The notes under the pieces are model-generated. The model searched no databases, had not been told where the DNA came from, and worked only from the letters and a program-made list of their open reading frames with translations. Both the position numbers and the translations under genes were made by a program. Positions 15,531 through 27,978 of a stretch of DNA of 54,602 nucleotides are shown here, piece after piece; positions within the stretch are counted from its first letter, which is position 1, and every line of letters begins with the position of its first letter. Source of the stretch: an uncultured Acidobacteriota bacterium (GTDB lineage Bacteria > Acidobacteriota > Vicinamibacteria > Vicinamibacterales > UBA2999); contig CAVSPI010000003.1 of assembly GCA_963729975.1 (NCBI GenBank), positions 1-54,602 on the forward strand, read 5' to 3'.

Positions 15531-16401
15531 ATGTCGCCACGACCGACCTGGAAAGGCTATCTCAAGGTCAGCCTCGTCAACGATTCCGGTGAAGGTGTTT
15601 CCGGCCACCGAATCGGCCGCGAGCGTCTCCTTCAACCAGCTCCACGCCGAGTGCCAGACGCGCATCCAGCAGAAGAAGTGGTGCCCGCACTGCGAGCGCG
15701 AGGTCACCTCCAGCGAGGTGGTCAAGGGCTACGAGTTCGAGAAGGGCCGCTACGTCGTCGTCAACGACGAGGACATCCAGAAGGTGCGCGTCGAGTCGAC
15801 CCGCGTCATCGACCTGGTGCAGTTTGCCGACGACACCGAGATCGACCCGATCTACGTCGATCGCGCCTACTACCTGGCGCCCGACGGCCCGATGGCGGCC
15901 GACGCCTTTGCGGTGATGCGCGAAGGGATGGCGGGCAAGGCCGGCATCGGCAAGGTGGCGCTCTACGGCCGCGAGTATCTGGTGGCCGTGCGGCCGCAGA
16001 AGAAGGGGCTGGTGATGTACACGCTGCATCACGACGCCGAGATCCGCAGCATCGATCAGATCGACGAGCTCAACTCGGTGCCGTCGACGGTGAAGCCCGA
16101 GGAGATGAAGCTGGCCAAGCAGGTGATCGCCACCTTCGACGGCGAGCTCAATCTCAAGGACTACAAGGACGAATACACCGAAGGGCTGCGCCAGATCATC
16201 GACGCCAAGGTGGCCGGTGAGGAGATCGTCGCGCCCGAGGTGCAGGAGCCGCCGAAGGTCGTCGACCTGATGGAAGCGCTGCGGCGCAGCCTCGACGCGG
16301 TCAGCGGCGACAGGAAGAAGCCGGCCAAGGCGGAACTGCCGAAGGCGGCGAAGGCGGTCAAGCCGGCGGCTGCCGGCGCGCGCAAACGGAAGGCGTCCTG
16401 A
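15531..16401 (+). CDS. ku: Ku protein (NHEJ DNA end-binding)
   Basis: RPTWKGYLKVSLV, VKGYEFEKGRYV, IDPIYVDRAYYLAP, VVDLMEALRRSL, basic C-terminal tail. Confidence 0.95.
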
Positions 16402-16459
16402 TGATCCGCGACGTCGTCCGGCAGCGACCGGCGCATTCCGACCAGACTCGCCATCAGCG

Positions 16460-18009
16460 ATGATCATATCCGCAGCAGTTCTACCTGAAGTGCCTCGCCC
16501 ACGCGTCCTACCTGATCGGCGACGAGCAGACGCGGCACGGCCGTGGTCGTCGATCCGCAGCGCGACGTCGAGCAGTACTCGAGCTCGCCGACGAGCACGG
16601 CCTGCGTATCACGGCACGTCGTCCTGACGCACCTCCACGCCGACTTCGTCGCCGGCCACCTCGAACTGCGCGCGCGCGCCGGTGCCGGCATCTATCTCGG
16701 GCGCGCGGCGGTGACCGAGTACGAGCACGTGCGCGCTCGCCGACGGCGACCAGATCGATCTCGGGCCAGTTCGCGCTCGAGGCGCGCGAGACGCCCGGCC
16801 ATACGCCCGAGTCGATCTCGCTCGTGGTCTTCGATCGTGCCGTCAGCGAGACGGTGCCGCACGCGGTGCTCACCGGCGACACGCTGTTCATCGGTGACGT
16901 CGGCCGGCCCGATCTGATGGCGTCGCCAGGCGCGTCGGCCGACGATCTCGCCGGCCAGCTGTTCGACTCGCTGCACGACCGGCTGCTGACGCTGCCGGAC
17001 TCGACGCTGGTCTACCCGGCGCATGGCGCCGGATCGCTCGTGCGGCAAGGCCCTCTCGCGCGAGACCGTGTCGACCATCGGTGCGCAGCGCACCGAGAAC
17101 TACGCGCTGCAGCCGATGTCGAAAGCGGCGTTCATCCGCATGGTCACCGCCGACCAGCCGGAGGCGCCGGCCTACTTCGCCTACGACGCCGAGATGAACA
17201 GCCGCGAGCGTCCGACGCTCGACGCCACGCTGGCGCGCGAGCTGCATCCGCTGTCGATGGCGGCGGTGCTCGAACAGCAGGCGAGCGGCGTCACAGCTGC
17301 TCGACACGCGCGACCCGGGCGACTTCGCCGCCGTCGCACCTCGCCGGCAGCGTCAACATCGGTCTGGCTGGTCAATACGCGACCTGGGCTGGAACGGTGC
17401 TCGACCGAACGCGGCCGATCGTGCTGATCGCCGAACCGGGTGCGGAAACCGATTCGGCGATACGGCTCGGCCGCATCGGGTTCGACCGGGTGGCCGGCTA
17501 TCTCGATGGCGGTCTGGCCAGTGCCCACGGCGAGCGCGCGGCGGTGATCAGTCGACCGAGCGGCTCAGCCCGGACCTGGCCGCGTCGCGGCTGGCCGGCG
17601 CCGGAGCCGCCGCTGGTGGTGGACGTGCGCGCCAATGGCGAGCGCGGCGACCAGCTGGATCAACGGCAGCCTGCACCTGCCGCTCAATCACCTGCACGAA
17701 CGGATTGGCGAGCTGCCGCCGAACCGTCCGCTGCTGGTCTACTGCGCCGGCGGCTATCGCTCGTCGCTGGCGGCCAGCCTGCTGCAGCGCGCGGGGCTGC
17801 ACCAGGTCAGCGAGATCGCCGGTGGGCTCAGCGCCTGGACGGCGGTGGGGCTGCCGGTGAGCGAGGGAGATACATCCCGAATCCGAAATCTCAAATCCCC
17901 GATCCCAACCGTAAGGTCCCGCTCCCCCGAGGCTGCGCAGACCATACTTCCGCCTCGTGGCGGCCGTGCTCAGTTTGGGATTGGCGGATGTCTGGCCATT
18001 GCGTTGTGA
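16460..18009 (+). CDS. MBL-fold persulfide dioxygenase-rhodanese fusion (CstB/Blh-like)
   Basis: THLHADFVAGH, TPGHTPES, LTGDTLFIGDVGRPDL, VYPAHGAGSxCG, two rhodanese domains with YCAGGYRS in the last. Confidence 0.88.
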
Positions 18010-18048
18010 ATTCTGAATCGTGCATTCTGCATTCTGAATTCACAACGC
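18001..18048. terminator. 13-bp perfect inverted repeat between convergent genes (possible bidirectional terminator)
   Basis: GCGTTGTGAATTC ... GAATTCACAACGC with a heptamer-derived loop. Confidence 0.6.
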
Positions 18049-18848
18049 GCGGACCACTCGCGTCATCCGCGCGTGTTCCCTGCCCGGCTGCAGGCGCTGG
18101 CGTTCGTCGAGGATCAGCGAGTACTCGACCGATCGCTTCCACAGCCGGTTGGCCATGTCGGTGAGCTGCACGGCCTTGAGGCCGTAGTAGAGAAAGATCG
18201 CCCCGAGCACTCCGACCAGTGAGGCGCGCAGCCCGCCGAGGCGCACCGGGTCGAGATGGGTCAGCGACCCGAGCAGGTCGTAGAGCAGGAAGCCGACCGC
18301 GGCGAGCGTCAGGCCGGTCACGGTCCGCACGCCCCACGACGCCACCCGCGACTGCTTTTCCATCAGCGACCCGATGGTCTGCAGGCGCGCAATCTGGCGC
18401 CGCAGCTTGGCGACGTCATCGCCAACCAGCACCTCGCGCAGCGACACCTGCGCCTGGCACGCCTCGGCGACGCGGAGCTCGCCACGCCAGCGAGACGGCT
18501 GGATGCCAGGTCGCGATACGCCGGAACGCGCTCGCGGAGCGTCGTCAGCAGCCGCAAGCGCGCCTCGGCACTCATTCCCGAGCGTGGACAAGACGTCGAG
18601 CTCGAGACGACGACGCGCGGGAATGACCACGACCTCGTGCAGGTCGCGCGCCGTCGTGCGCCCGCAGGTAGACCGCGACGTGCGGCGCGAATGTTCTGGT
18701 GCAGCATCGCCTCGTGATCAAGGCACGGGAGCATCGGGACCTGGTCGAAGCCGTCGAGGGTGACCCGGTACAGCTTGAGCGCGAGGATGTCGCCGATCTC
18801 GGCGAACGTGCGCCAGAATCGGCGCGTAGTCGCGTCAGCTGACCCACG
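18040..18848 (-). CDS. Hypothetical protein with two C-terminal TM helices (start approximate)
   Basis: Stitched frames [19 protein letters not shown]...[15 protein letters not shown]...[11 protein letters not shown]; abuts the upstream gene's end. Confidence 0.6.
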
Positions 18849-19609
18849 CCCACAACCCGAGCCCGGTCGCGGTCGGGTCGTGGATCCAGTCGGGCGGCGT
18901 CAGCCAGACGAAGGCGAGGATGGCGATCACCCAGAGGTCGTAGGCCAGCGTTGCGCGTTCGTCGGTCCAGAAGAAGGCGCGCCAGAACGCGGCCGAAAGC
19001 GGGTTCGAGCCGCGCGGGATCGGCTTCTGGTTCAGCGCCAGGTAGGTGAAATAGATGCGGTTGGCGACGCTGACGATCGACAGGATCAGGATGACCCAGA
19101 GCACCGCGCCCATGCGGTCGGTGAAGGCGCCGATCATGAACAGCACGATCCGCTCGGGCCGCTCCATGAATCCGACCTTGCACTTCTCGATGAGCGACTC
19201 GGCGCGGGCGCGCGCATAGCTCGTCATGATCGAGAACATCATCGCCAGCGGCCGCCACCATCACGTAGTCGGTGCGGCGCAGCGGTCGCATAGAGATAGA
19301 TCAGGCCGAGAAACAGCGGCGATGTCGGAGAAACGGTCGAGCGTCGAATCCCAGAACGCCCCGAACAGCGACTGCGTGTTGGTGATGTGCGCCACCTTGC
19401 CGTCGATGAAATCGAAGATGTTGGCGACGATCATGATGAAGCCCGGCCAGCACGAAGCGGTCGGTGCCGAGCGCCCAGGCGGCGACCACGTTGATCAGCA
19501 CACCGATGAGGGTGAGCGTGTTCGGGTGGATCTTCAGCGCCACGCTGACGTTGATGATCGCGCGCAGGGGGAACATGCACGCGGTTCCGATGAACCCGGT
19601 AAATGTCAT
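18835..19609 (-). CDS. CDP-alcohol phosphatidyltransferase (PgsA/PIS-like)
   Basis: [18 protein letters not shown]...[32 protein letters not shown]. Confidence 0.92.
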
Positions 19610-19664
19610 GCTTTGTTATAATTAAGGGCTCTCGCCGCGAGAATGGAACTCGTCATAGTAGCCG

Positions 19665-21706
19665 ATGCCCATCTACGACCTCAAGGATCAGATCGCACGG
19701 TTGCCCGAACAGCCCGGGGTCTACGTGTGGCGCAACGCGGCCGGTGAGGCGATCTACGTCGGCAAGGCGCGATCGCTGCGCGACCGCGTCCGCAGCTACC
19801 TGGGGGCCGCCGGACTCAGCCCGCGCCACGATGCGCTGCTCGACGAAATCACGTCGGTCGAGATCATCATCACCGACTCGGTGATGGAGGCGCTGGCGCT
19901 CGAGAACAACCTGATCAAGCAGCGGACGCCGAAGTACAACATCCTGCTCCGCGACGACAAGAACTATCCGTACCTGCAGCTGACGACCTCAGAGCCGTTC
20001 CCGCGCGTGCTCGTGGCCCGGCGGGTCGAAAAGGACGGCGATTTCTACGCCGGCCCGTTCCTGCCCGCCAAGCTGGCGCGCCGGACCATGGCGTTGTCGC
20101 ACCGGCTGTTCGGCATCCGCTCCTGCAACGAGGTGATCACCGGCCAGCGGCCGCGGCCGTGCCTCGAGTACGACATCAAGCGGTGCATCGCGCCGTGCGT
20201 CGCCGAGATCTGCTCCGACGAGCAGTACGGTGTCGCGGTGGCGAGCACCCGGCTGCTGCTCGAGGGGCGCAACGACGAACTCGCCACCACGCTGCGCGAC
20301 CGCATGGTGGACGGCGGCCGAGTCGGAACGCTACGAGGAGGCGGCGCAGCTGCGCGACGCGATGCGCACGGTGCAGACGCTGCGCGACCGCCAGCAGAAG
20401 GTCGCCACCGCGCAGCTCGGCGACCGCGACGTCTTCGGCTTGAAGGTCGGGCCGAGCGGCGGCGCCATCCAGGTCTTCGCGATGCGCGGCGGGCGCGTCG
20501 TCGAGCGCGTCGAGCTGTCCACCGACCCGGGCGGGGTCGCCGGCGGCGAGATCGACGTCCTGCAGGCGGCGCTGTCGCAGTTCTACGAGATGCGCATCCC
20601 GCCTGAAGAGATCAACCTGCCGTTGGACGTGGACGACGTCGAGGCGCTGGAGGCCTGGCTGTCGGAGCGCGCCGAACGGCGGGTGCGCATCACGGTGCCG
20701 CAGCGCGGCGACAAGCGCGCCCTGGTCGAACTGGCGACGCGGAACGCCGAGCTCGCCTATCGCACCCGTTTCAACGAGACGACCGCCGCCCATTTCGACG
20801 CGCTCGAGACGCTGCGCTCGGTGCTCGGCCTGGCGTCGCTGCCGCGGCGCATCGAGTGCTTCGACATCTCGACGATCCAGGGCAGCGAGACGGTGGCGTC
20901 GATGGTGGTCTGCGAAGACGGCCGGATGAAGAAGGGCGACTACCGCAAGTTCCGCGTCCGCGGCACGGTCGGCGTCGGGGCCCGCGCGAGTGTCGTCCGC
21001 GATACCGGCCGGGGGCGAGCGGCCGGACGGAGCGTCGCGATCGGTGCCGACGCAGTGGCGTACGGATGCGGTGCTGCTGCGGAGGGATCGCCGGCCCTGC
21101 CGCCGCCGCGCTGCCGGACGGGTCTGCCGGGTGGCCGCCGATGCCGTGGCGCCGGCCGTGTTCCGGCGCGCGCCGGTCCGCAGCGCGGTGGAGCGGCACT
21201 TCGGGTCGGACGATTTCGGCGCGATGCGCGAGGTGGTGGAGCGCCGCTACAAGGCAGTGCTCGAGGCCGGCGGGCCGTTTCCGGATCTGGTGCTGATCGA
21301 CGGCGGCAAGGGGCAGTTGACCGCGGCCTACGATGCGCTCGAGTCGATCGGACTCGGCAACCTGGTCGCGGTCGGCATCGCCAAGCGCGAGGAGCTGCTC
21401 TACACCCGCGACCACGCCGAGCCGGTCGTGCTCGCCGAGAACGACCCGGCGCTGCTGCTGGTGCAGCGCATCCGCGACGAGGCGCACCGCTTCGCGGTGA
21501 CGTTCCATCGCAAGGCGCGCACGATGCGCGACCTGCGCTCCGAGCTCGACACCGTTCCGGGCATTGGCCCGAGACGGCGCCGCGCCCTGCTCACCGCCTT
21601 CGGCAGTCTGGCCGGCGTGCGCCGCGCCACCCGCGAAGAGCTCGGCGCCGTGGTCGGCGCCAAGGCCGCCTCGGCCGTGCTCGACTACTTCGCGAAAAGC
21701 GCCTGA
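19665..21706 (+). CDS. uvrC: Excinuclease ABC subunit C
   Basis: GIY-YIG PGVY...IYVGKARSLRDRVRSY, RIECFDISTIQG, DLVLIDGGKGQL, RIRDEAHRFA, HhH PGIGPRRR. Confidence 0.96.
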
Positions 21707-21864
21707 ACCTCGAGTCGGCATGTCCGTATTGCCCAGCCGCGTCGGAACGTGGTGGGCATTGGCCTTGTGGCCATGGCATTGAGCTTCTGAATGGTGATCG
21801 TGCATGGTGAATTGGCGCCGGCTCCGCGCAGGGCGCCGGAGCCGTGTGTTAGTCTGACGCACTC

Positions 21865-22486
21865 TTGGCGAACCTCGACTTTTCCCAGATTTTGATCGGC
21901 TTCGCGGTCCTCGTGTTCTCGCTCAGCATTCACGAAGCCGCGCACGCCTGGTCGGCCGATCGGCTCGGCGATCCGACCGCACGCCTGCTCGGCCGGGTGT
22001 CGCTCAATCCCGCCGTGCACGTCGATATGATCGGCACCGTCGTGTTTCCGCTGGTCGTCGATGACGACCGGATTGCCGCTCATCGGCTGGGCCAAGCCGG
22101 TGCCGGTGGACACGCGGCAACTGCGCGGCAACTGGCGCGAGAAGTTCACGCTCATCGCCGCTGCCGGTCCGGCCAGCAACCTGATCATCGCCGTCGGTGG
22201 CGGCGGTGCTGTTTCACCTGCGTCGCCTCCACCTCGCCGATCGTGGCGCAGATCCTGCTGGTGCTGATTCAGCTCAACGTGCTGCTCGCGGTCTTCAACA
22301 TGATCCCGGTGCCGCCGCTCGACGGCGGCAACGTGCTGTGCGGGCCTGCTGCCGGGCGCGGCCGCCGACGTCTTCGACAAGCTGCGTCCGTACGGCTTCC
22401 TCATCCTCTACGGGCTGATGCTGAGCGGCGTGCTCTGGACCATCGTCGGGCCGATCCAGAACGCCGTGCTCGATCTCCTGCTCTGA
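21865..22486 (+). CDS. Site-2 protease (M50) family protein
   Basis: HEAAH, GWAKPVPV, AAAGPASN, FNMIPVPPLDGG. Confidence 0.92.
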
Positions 22487-22491
22487 TCGCG

Positions 22492-23486
22492 ATGACGCAA
22501 GCCTCGCGTCGTTTCCGGCATGCGGCCGACCGGCAGGCTGCACCTCGGTCACCTGGTCGGCGCGCTCAAGAACTGGACCGCGCTCCAGGACCAGTACGAC
22601 TGTTTCTATTTCGTGGCCGACTGGCACGCGCTGACCAGCGAGTACGCCAACACCGCTCCGATCATCGGCTCCGGCCTCGACAGCATCGCCGACTGGCTCG
22701 CCGCCGGCGTCGATCCGGAACGCAGCACGATCTTCATCCAGTCGCTGGTGCCCGAGCACGCCGAGCTGTATCTGCTGCTGTCGATGGTGACGCCGACGCC
22801 GTGGCTCGAGCGCGTGCCGACCTACAAGGACCAGCAGGAACAGCTCGCCGAGAAGGATCTGTCGACGCTGGGCTTCCTCGGCTACCCGCTGCTGCAGACC
22901 GCCGACGTGGCGATGTACGACGGCCGCCTCGTGCCGGTCGGCGAAGACCAGGTGCCGCACCTCGAGCTGTCGCGCGAAGTCGTGCGCCGCTTCAACCAGT
23001 TCTATGGCGACGTCGCTCGTCGAGCCGCAGCCGCTGCTCACGCCGGTGTCGCGGCTGCCGGGCCTCGACAACCGCAAGATGAGCAAGAGCTACGGCAACA
23101 CCATCGACCTGACCGACGAACCGGACGCGGTGGTCAAGAAGGTGCGCCAGATGTACACCGATCCCAAGCGCGTGCGCGCCGACATCCCGGGCACGGTCGA
23201 AGGCAACCCGGTGTTCCAGTACCACGACGCCTTCAACCCGAACGTCGCGGAGGTGGACGACCTCAAGGCGCGCTATCGCGCCGGCACGGTCGGCGACGTC
23301 GAGGTCAAGACCAAGCTGTCGGCCGCGGTCAACGCGGTGCTGGAGCCGATGCGCGAGCGGCGCCGCGAGATCCTGCAGAAGCCCGGGCAGGTGCGCGAGA
23401 TCGCCATGGAAGGCTCGCGCAAGGCGCGCGTCATCGCGCAGGCGACGATGGAGCGCGTGCGCGAGGCTGTGCGTCTCCGCTACTGA
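22492..23486 (+). CDS. trpS: Tryptophan--tRNA ligase
   Basis: SGMRPTGRLHLGH, GYPLLQTAD, VPVGEDQ, KMSKSYGN. Confidence 0.96.
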
Positions 23487-23599
23487 CGCCGATAACGCTG
23501 GCCATGCTGCACCCCACCCTCATCGCGGCTGTCGCGACGGTCGCCCCACCCACGGCGGACGGCGTCGGTGTCCGCGTGGTCTTTCGTGTCGAACCAGGC

Positions 23600-24398
23600 G
23601 TGACCGAGACCTCCGATTTCGAGTCGTCGCCAGACGCCTACAAGGTCAAGCTCGAGACCTTCGAAGGGCCGCTCGATCTGCTGATCCACTTGATCCGCAA
23701 GAACGAGGTGAACATCTACGACATTCCGATTGCGCTGATCACCGAGCAGTACCTCGGCTACATCGAGCTGATGCACGAGCTCAACCTCGATCTGGCCGGC
23801 GAGTTCCTGGTGATGGCGGCGACGTTGATCCACCTCAAGTCGCGCACGCTGCTGCCGCGGCCGCCGACGCTCGACGAGCAGGCCGGAGAGGACGAAGACC
23901 CGCGCGAGGCGCTGGTCCGCCGGCTGATCGAGCACCAGAAGTTCAAGGCCGCCGCCGAGCAGCTGCACGAGCGCGAGACGCTGCGCAGCGCCCAGTTCAT
24001 GCGCCCTGATTCGCGCATCGCGGACGCGGCGGGTGACGACTACGAGCCCGAGCTCGAGGTCGACCTGTTCAGCCTGCTGGCGGCGTTTCGCGGCGTGCTC
24101 GACCCGCGCCAGCCGGCGCGAGCGCGTGATCCTGCCGCCGGAGCAGCTGTCGATCGAGGAACGCATCCATCAGCTGCTCGGGCGGCTGTCCGAGACCGAT
24201 GCCTGCGGCTTCGAGGAGCTGTTCGAAGACGGCGATGGCTCGCGAGGGTTCATGATCGTGACCTTCCTCGCCGTCCTCGAGATGATTCGCCTCAAGCTGA
24301 TTCGCGTGTTCCAGTCGGGCGGCATCGGGGCGATTCGCGTCTACAAGCGCGCACGGCCGGTCGATGCGCCGCATCCGATCGGCGACGCGCAGGCGTGA
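23600..24398 (+). CDS. scpA: Segregation and condensation protein A
   Basis: FEGPLDLLIHLIRKNEVNIYDIPI, AGEFLVMAATL, VTFLAVLEM. Confidence 0.93.
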
Positions 24399-24417
24399 GC
24401 GCGCGTTCCTCCGTCCT

Positions 24418-24535
24418 CGTCGCTCGGGGTCTTCAGACCCCAGATCGCTGGCGCAGGCAGCGGCGTGTCTGGCGCTGACACTTTTGCCGCCGCATCGAGC
24501 GCAGCGGTCGCCGGGTCTGAAGACCCGGCGCTACG
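24418..24535. repeat. REPIN (inverted REP pair) between scpA and scpB
   Basis: cgtcgctcggggtcttcagacccc (24418) ... ccgggtctgaagacccggcgctacg (24535). Confidence 0.8.
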
Positions 24536-24579
24536 GGAACGAACTCCGTTGGCACGACCTGGTCTGGCTGGAAAGAACG

Positions 24580-25600
24580 ATGAGCGACGAGACGAAAACG
24601 ATCGACGGGCAGGACGATCCGCTGGCAGAGTCGGCCGACACGGCAGCACAACAGCCTGCGAATCAGCGCGAGGCAGGCAGGACGGTGGCGGCTGCGGGTG
24701 CTGACACCGATGCGGTGGCGGAGACGCTCCCGGACGAATCCGTCGACGATGCCATCGATGCCGACGCCGCTGGCGCGGGTCAAGCCAGCGATGGCGGCGA
24801 TGTGGCGGGGTGACGGGCGAAGCGCTCCCGCCCGAAGTGGCGTCGGCTGACATCGTGTCGCTGGATGCGCTGCTGCCTGAAGATGGTGGCACGGTGCGCA
24901 TGCCGATGCCGTCCGCCGAACTCAAGGCCATCGTCGAGGCGCTGATCTTCGCGTCGCCCGATCCGATGACGCCGAAGATGCTGTACCGGCTGCTCGGCCG
25001 ACGAGCCGAAGGAAGACGTCTCGGCCGCCGTCAACAGCGCTGCGCGCCGACTACGGCAATCGGCCCGGCCTGCAGTTCGTCGACATCGCCGGCGGCTACC
25101 AGATCGTCACGCGGCCCGAACTGCACGAATGGGTGCGGCGGCTGTTTCACGAGCGCTCCACCCAGAAGCTGACGGTGCCAGGGGCTGGAAACGCTCGCGG
25201 TGATCGCCTACAAGCAGCCGATCACGGCGCTCGAGATCACCGAGATCCGCGGCGTCAACACCTCGGGCGTGCTGACCACGCTGCTCGAGCGTCATCTGAT
25301 CAAGATCGTCGGGCGCAAGAACGTGGTCGGCCGGCCGTTCCTGTACTCGACGACCAGGGAGTTCCTGATCCGCTTCGGCCTGAAGGACCTCGCCGACCTG
25401 CCGAAGATCGAGGACATGGCCGACGCGCTCGGCTTCAATCCGCCCGCCGGGCTGCTCGAGGTGACGCCGCGCGAGGACATGCTGCCACTCGAGGAGCCGG
25501 CCGAATCTCGCGGAGACGACCGACAGCGCCGTGTCCGCGGTGGAGCCGGCGCCGTCGTCAGAAGCGCGCGGCCGACAGTCACGACGACGACGAGCCCTGA
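24580..25600 (+). CDS. scpB: SMC-Scp complex subunit ScpB with acidic N-terminal extension
   Basis: IVEALIFAS, IAGGYQ, LETLAVIAYKQPIT..EI..IRGVN, GRPFLYSTT.EFL..FGL. Confidence 0.93.
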
Positions 25601-25650
25601 CGGCGGCCCGGTAGTGGCCGCGCGCTGCGGCCTGCTGCCGCTCGTGCTGA

Positions 25651-26419
25651 TCAGGACAAGCGCTTCAGCCGCGTCACCTCCGCCGGCGTCAACTCGCGCC
25701 ATTGTCCCGGCCGCAGCCGGCTGTCGCTGATCGGGCCGATGCGGGTGCGGCGCAGCGCCTGCACCGGGTGCCCGACCGCTTCGCACATCCGCCGCACCTG
25801 CCGGTTGCGCCCTTCGCGAATCACCACACGCAGCATCGCCGTCGCGCTCGCGCTTGCCGCCGTTCAGCAGCGTGATGTCGGCGGGCTGCGGTGCGCCGTC
25901 CATCGAGCGGGATGCCGCGACGCAGGGCGTCGATCGCCCGCTCGTCCGGCATGTCGGCGACCTTCACCTCGTAGGTCCGCTCCACCTGGTGACGCGGGTG
26001 CGTCAGCTCGGCCGCGAGTGCGCCGTCGTTGGTCAGCAGCAGCAGTCCCTCGCTGTCGTAGTCGAGACGCCCGACCGGGTAGATGTATTCGCGGACGCCG
26101 CTCGAGCAGGTCCATCACGGTGCGCCGCCGCTGCGGATCGGATCGCGTGGTGACGTATCCGGTCGGCTTGTAGAGCAGGATGTAGCGCGGCCGCTCGGTC
26201 ATCTTGATGCCGGCGGCCGTCCACCTTGATCTCGTCGCGAGCCGGGTCGGCCTTGGTCCCGAGCTCGCGCACCGTCACGCCGTTGATCGCCACTCGGCCG
26301 TCGACGATCAGCTGCTCGGCGGCGCGCCGCGAGGCGATGCCCGCCTGCGAGATGATCTTCTGCAGACGGGGCAGTCCGTCCGATGGTCCGTCGGTCTTTT
26401 TACGTTTGTCAGTCGCCAT
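25651..26419 (-). CDS. rluB: 23S rRNA pseudouridine synthase (RluB/RsuA family)
   Basis: S4 domain RLQKIISQAGIASRRAAE, YKPTGYVTT, YPVGRLDYDSEGLLL, EGRNRQVRRM. Confidence 0.9.
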
Positions 26420-26421
26420 GA

Positions 26422-27618
26422 TTATCTCGCCAGCACCTCGCCCCAGAACCGTATCAGCTTCAGCGTGTCGGCCATGGTGGCGTCCTGATCGACTTCCGCG
26501 TGCGTGATCAGTTCGCTGATCAGCAGGTGGACGTCGGCACGTCCTGCCGCGCAGCGACTCGCTGAGCAGCACTGATTCCGCGGTCGGAATCACCGTGTCG
26601 GCATGCCCGTGCAGCAGGAAGACCGGCGCCGTCGGCGGGCTGGTCGCGCGATCGGGCGACAGCGCCGGGTCGTCGGCTCCGAGGGCACCGAGGTAGGGCA
26701 CCAGCACCGCGCCGAGCGTCTGCCACGGCGCCGGTCGTTGACGTAGCGCATGTAGGTTGCTGATGGCTCCGGCAGCACCGTGGCAATTTCGCGCGCTTCC
26801 TGGAACCTGGCTGTTCGCCTGTGTCATGTCCACGAGCGTGAGCTGCGAGGCCAGCAGGAACGTCTTGATGCCGTCGCGCATCGCGTCCACCTGGATGGCT
26901 TCGGCACCACGCCACGATCGGCGAGCGAGTAGAGCACGACCGCGACGCCGTAGTCGTGCGGCGGATGCGACGCGACGCCGTCGGCCTGCGGCGCCGTCGC
27001 CGGTCACCAGGTAGCGCATGACCCGCGGCAGGTCGCCGTGGCCGCCAAACGAGACGACGATACGCAACGTGGTCGCGGATGCGCGGCCGTCCGGCCGCCA
27101 CGATCGACAGGCCGCCGGCGAAACTGATGCCGACGACGCCGACGCGGCCGTCGGGGGCGTACTCCGGCTGTCCGCCCAGCCAGGCGATGGCGTCCTCGAC
27201 GACGTCGGTGGACTGCGGCGTAATGCGATACCGCATCAGGTCAGGCAGCGCCATCGTCATCACCCGCACCCCGGTTCCGGCGAGGTCCTGCGCCAGCGCG
27301 GTCAGACGCGGTTCGGCGATGCCGAGCGAGTGGATGCCCGGAACGAGGAGCACGGTGCGCTGCACCGACCCCTGCGGCTCGTAGAACTGCCCGATGACAT
27401 TTCCGGTGCGGGTCGGCACCTGGTGCGGTGGACGCGCGATGACGCGTGGCACCATCCGGCTCGCCGCGGCCTCGGCACGACCGCCGACGTCGGCGGCGCG
27501 CGACGACGAGCGACGTGGCGCGACCATACGGCGCGGCGACGAACGCGCTGGCATAGCCCGCGGCGAGCGCAACCGCCAGGAAGACCACCGCACGGCCCCA
27601 GCGCGTCCTCGAAGACAT
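26422..27618 (-). CDS. Alpha/beta-fold hydrolase with N-terminal signal or TM segment
   Basis: GISFAGG nucleophile elbow, FLLHGHADTVIP, C-terminal His region (LITHAE). Confidence 0.75.
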
Positions 27619-27978
27619 GCGCGCTCATGGTATCGCGCATGTGAACGGTCAGCCGGAATTCCCGGCGATCAGGACTGAAGGCAGACCAGGCCAGCGGCAC
27701 GCCACGCCCGCCACGCCTCGCCGAAGTCCGAAGGACGAAGGCGGGCGGGCAGATTCTGCGCCGGCGTCGCAGTCGTCCCGTTGCCGCCGATGCGATGTCA
27801 GCGGGAACACGCCTCACGCTCTGCCACCCGGTGGCACGCATTCAGGCGCGATTTCGCTCGATCGACCGCGGCTGGCGATGGCGCCCGGAATTCGACCGCC
27901 GTTCGCAATCGATGGGCACGAGGCGGCGGGGCGCAAGTCGCACGCGAGAGTGCGACGCCCAGGTAGCCGGAGGCCCGC

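Noticed and set aside
20965-21205. Intein or intron in uvrC
   Set aside because: No splice-junction residues, endonuclease motifs or recognisable intron structure. Kept only as a loop insertion.
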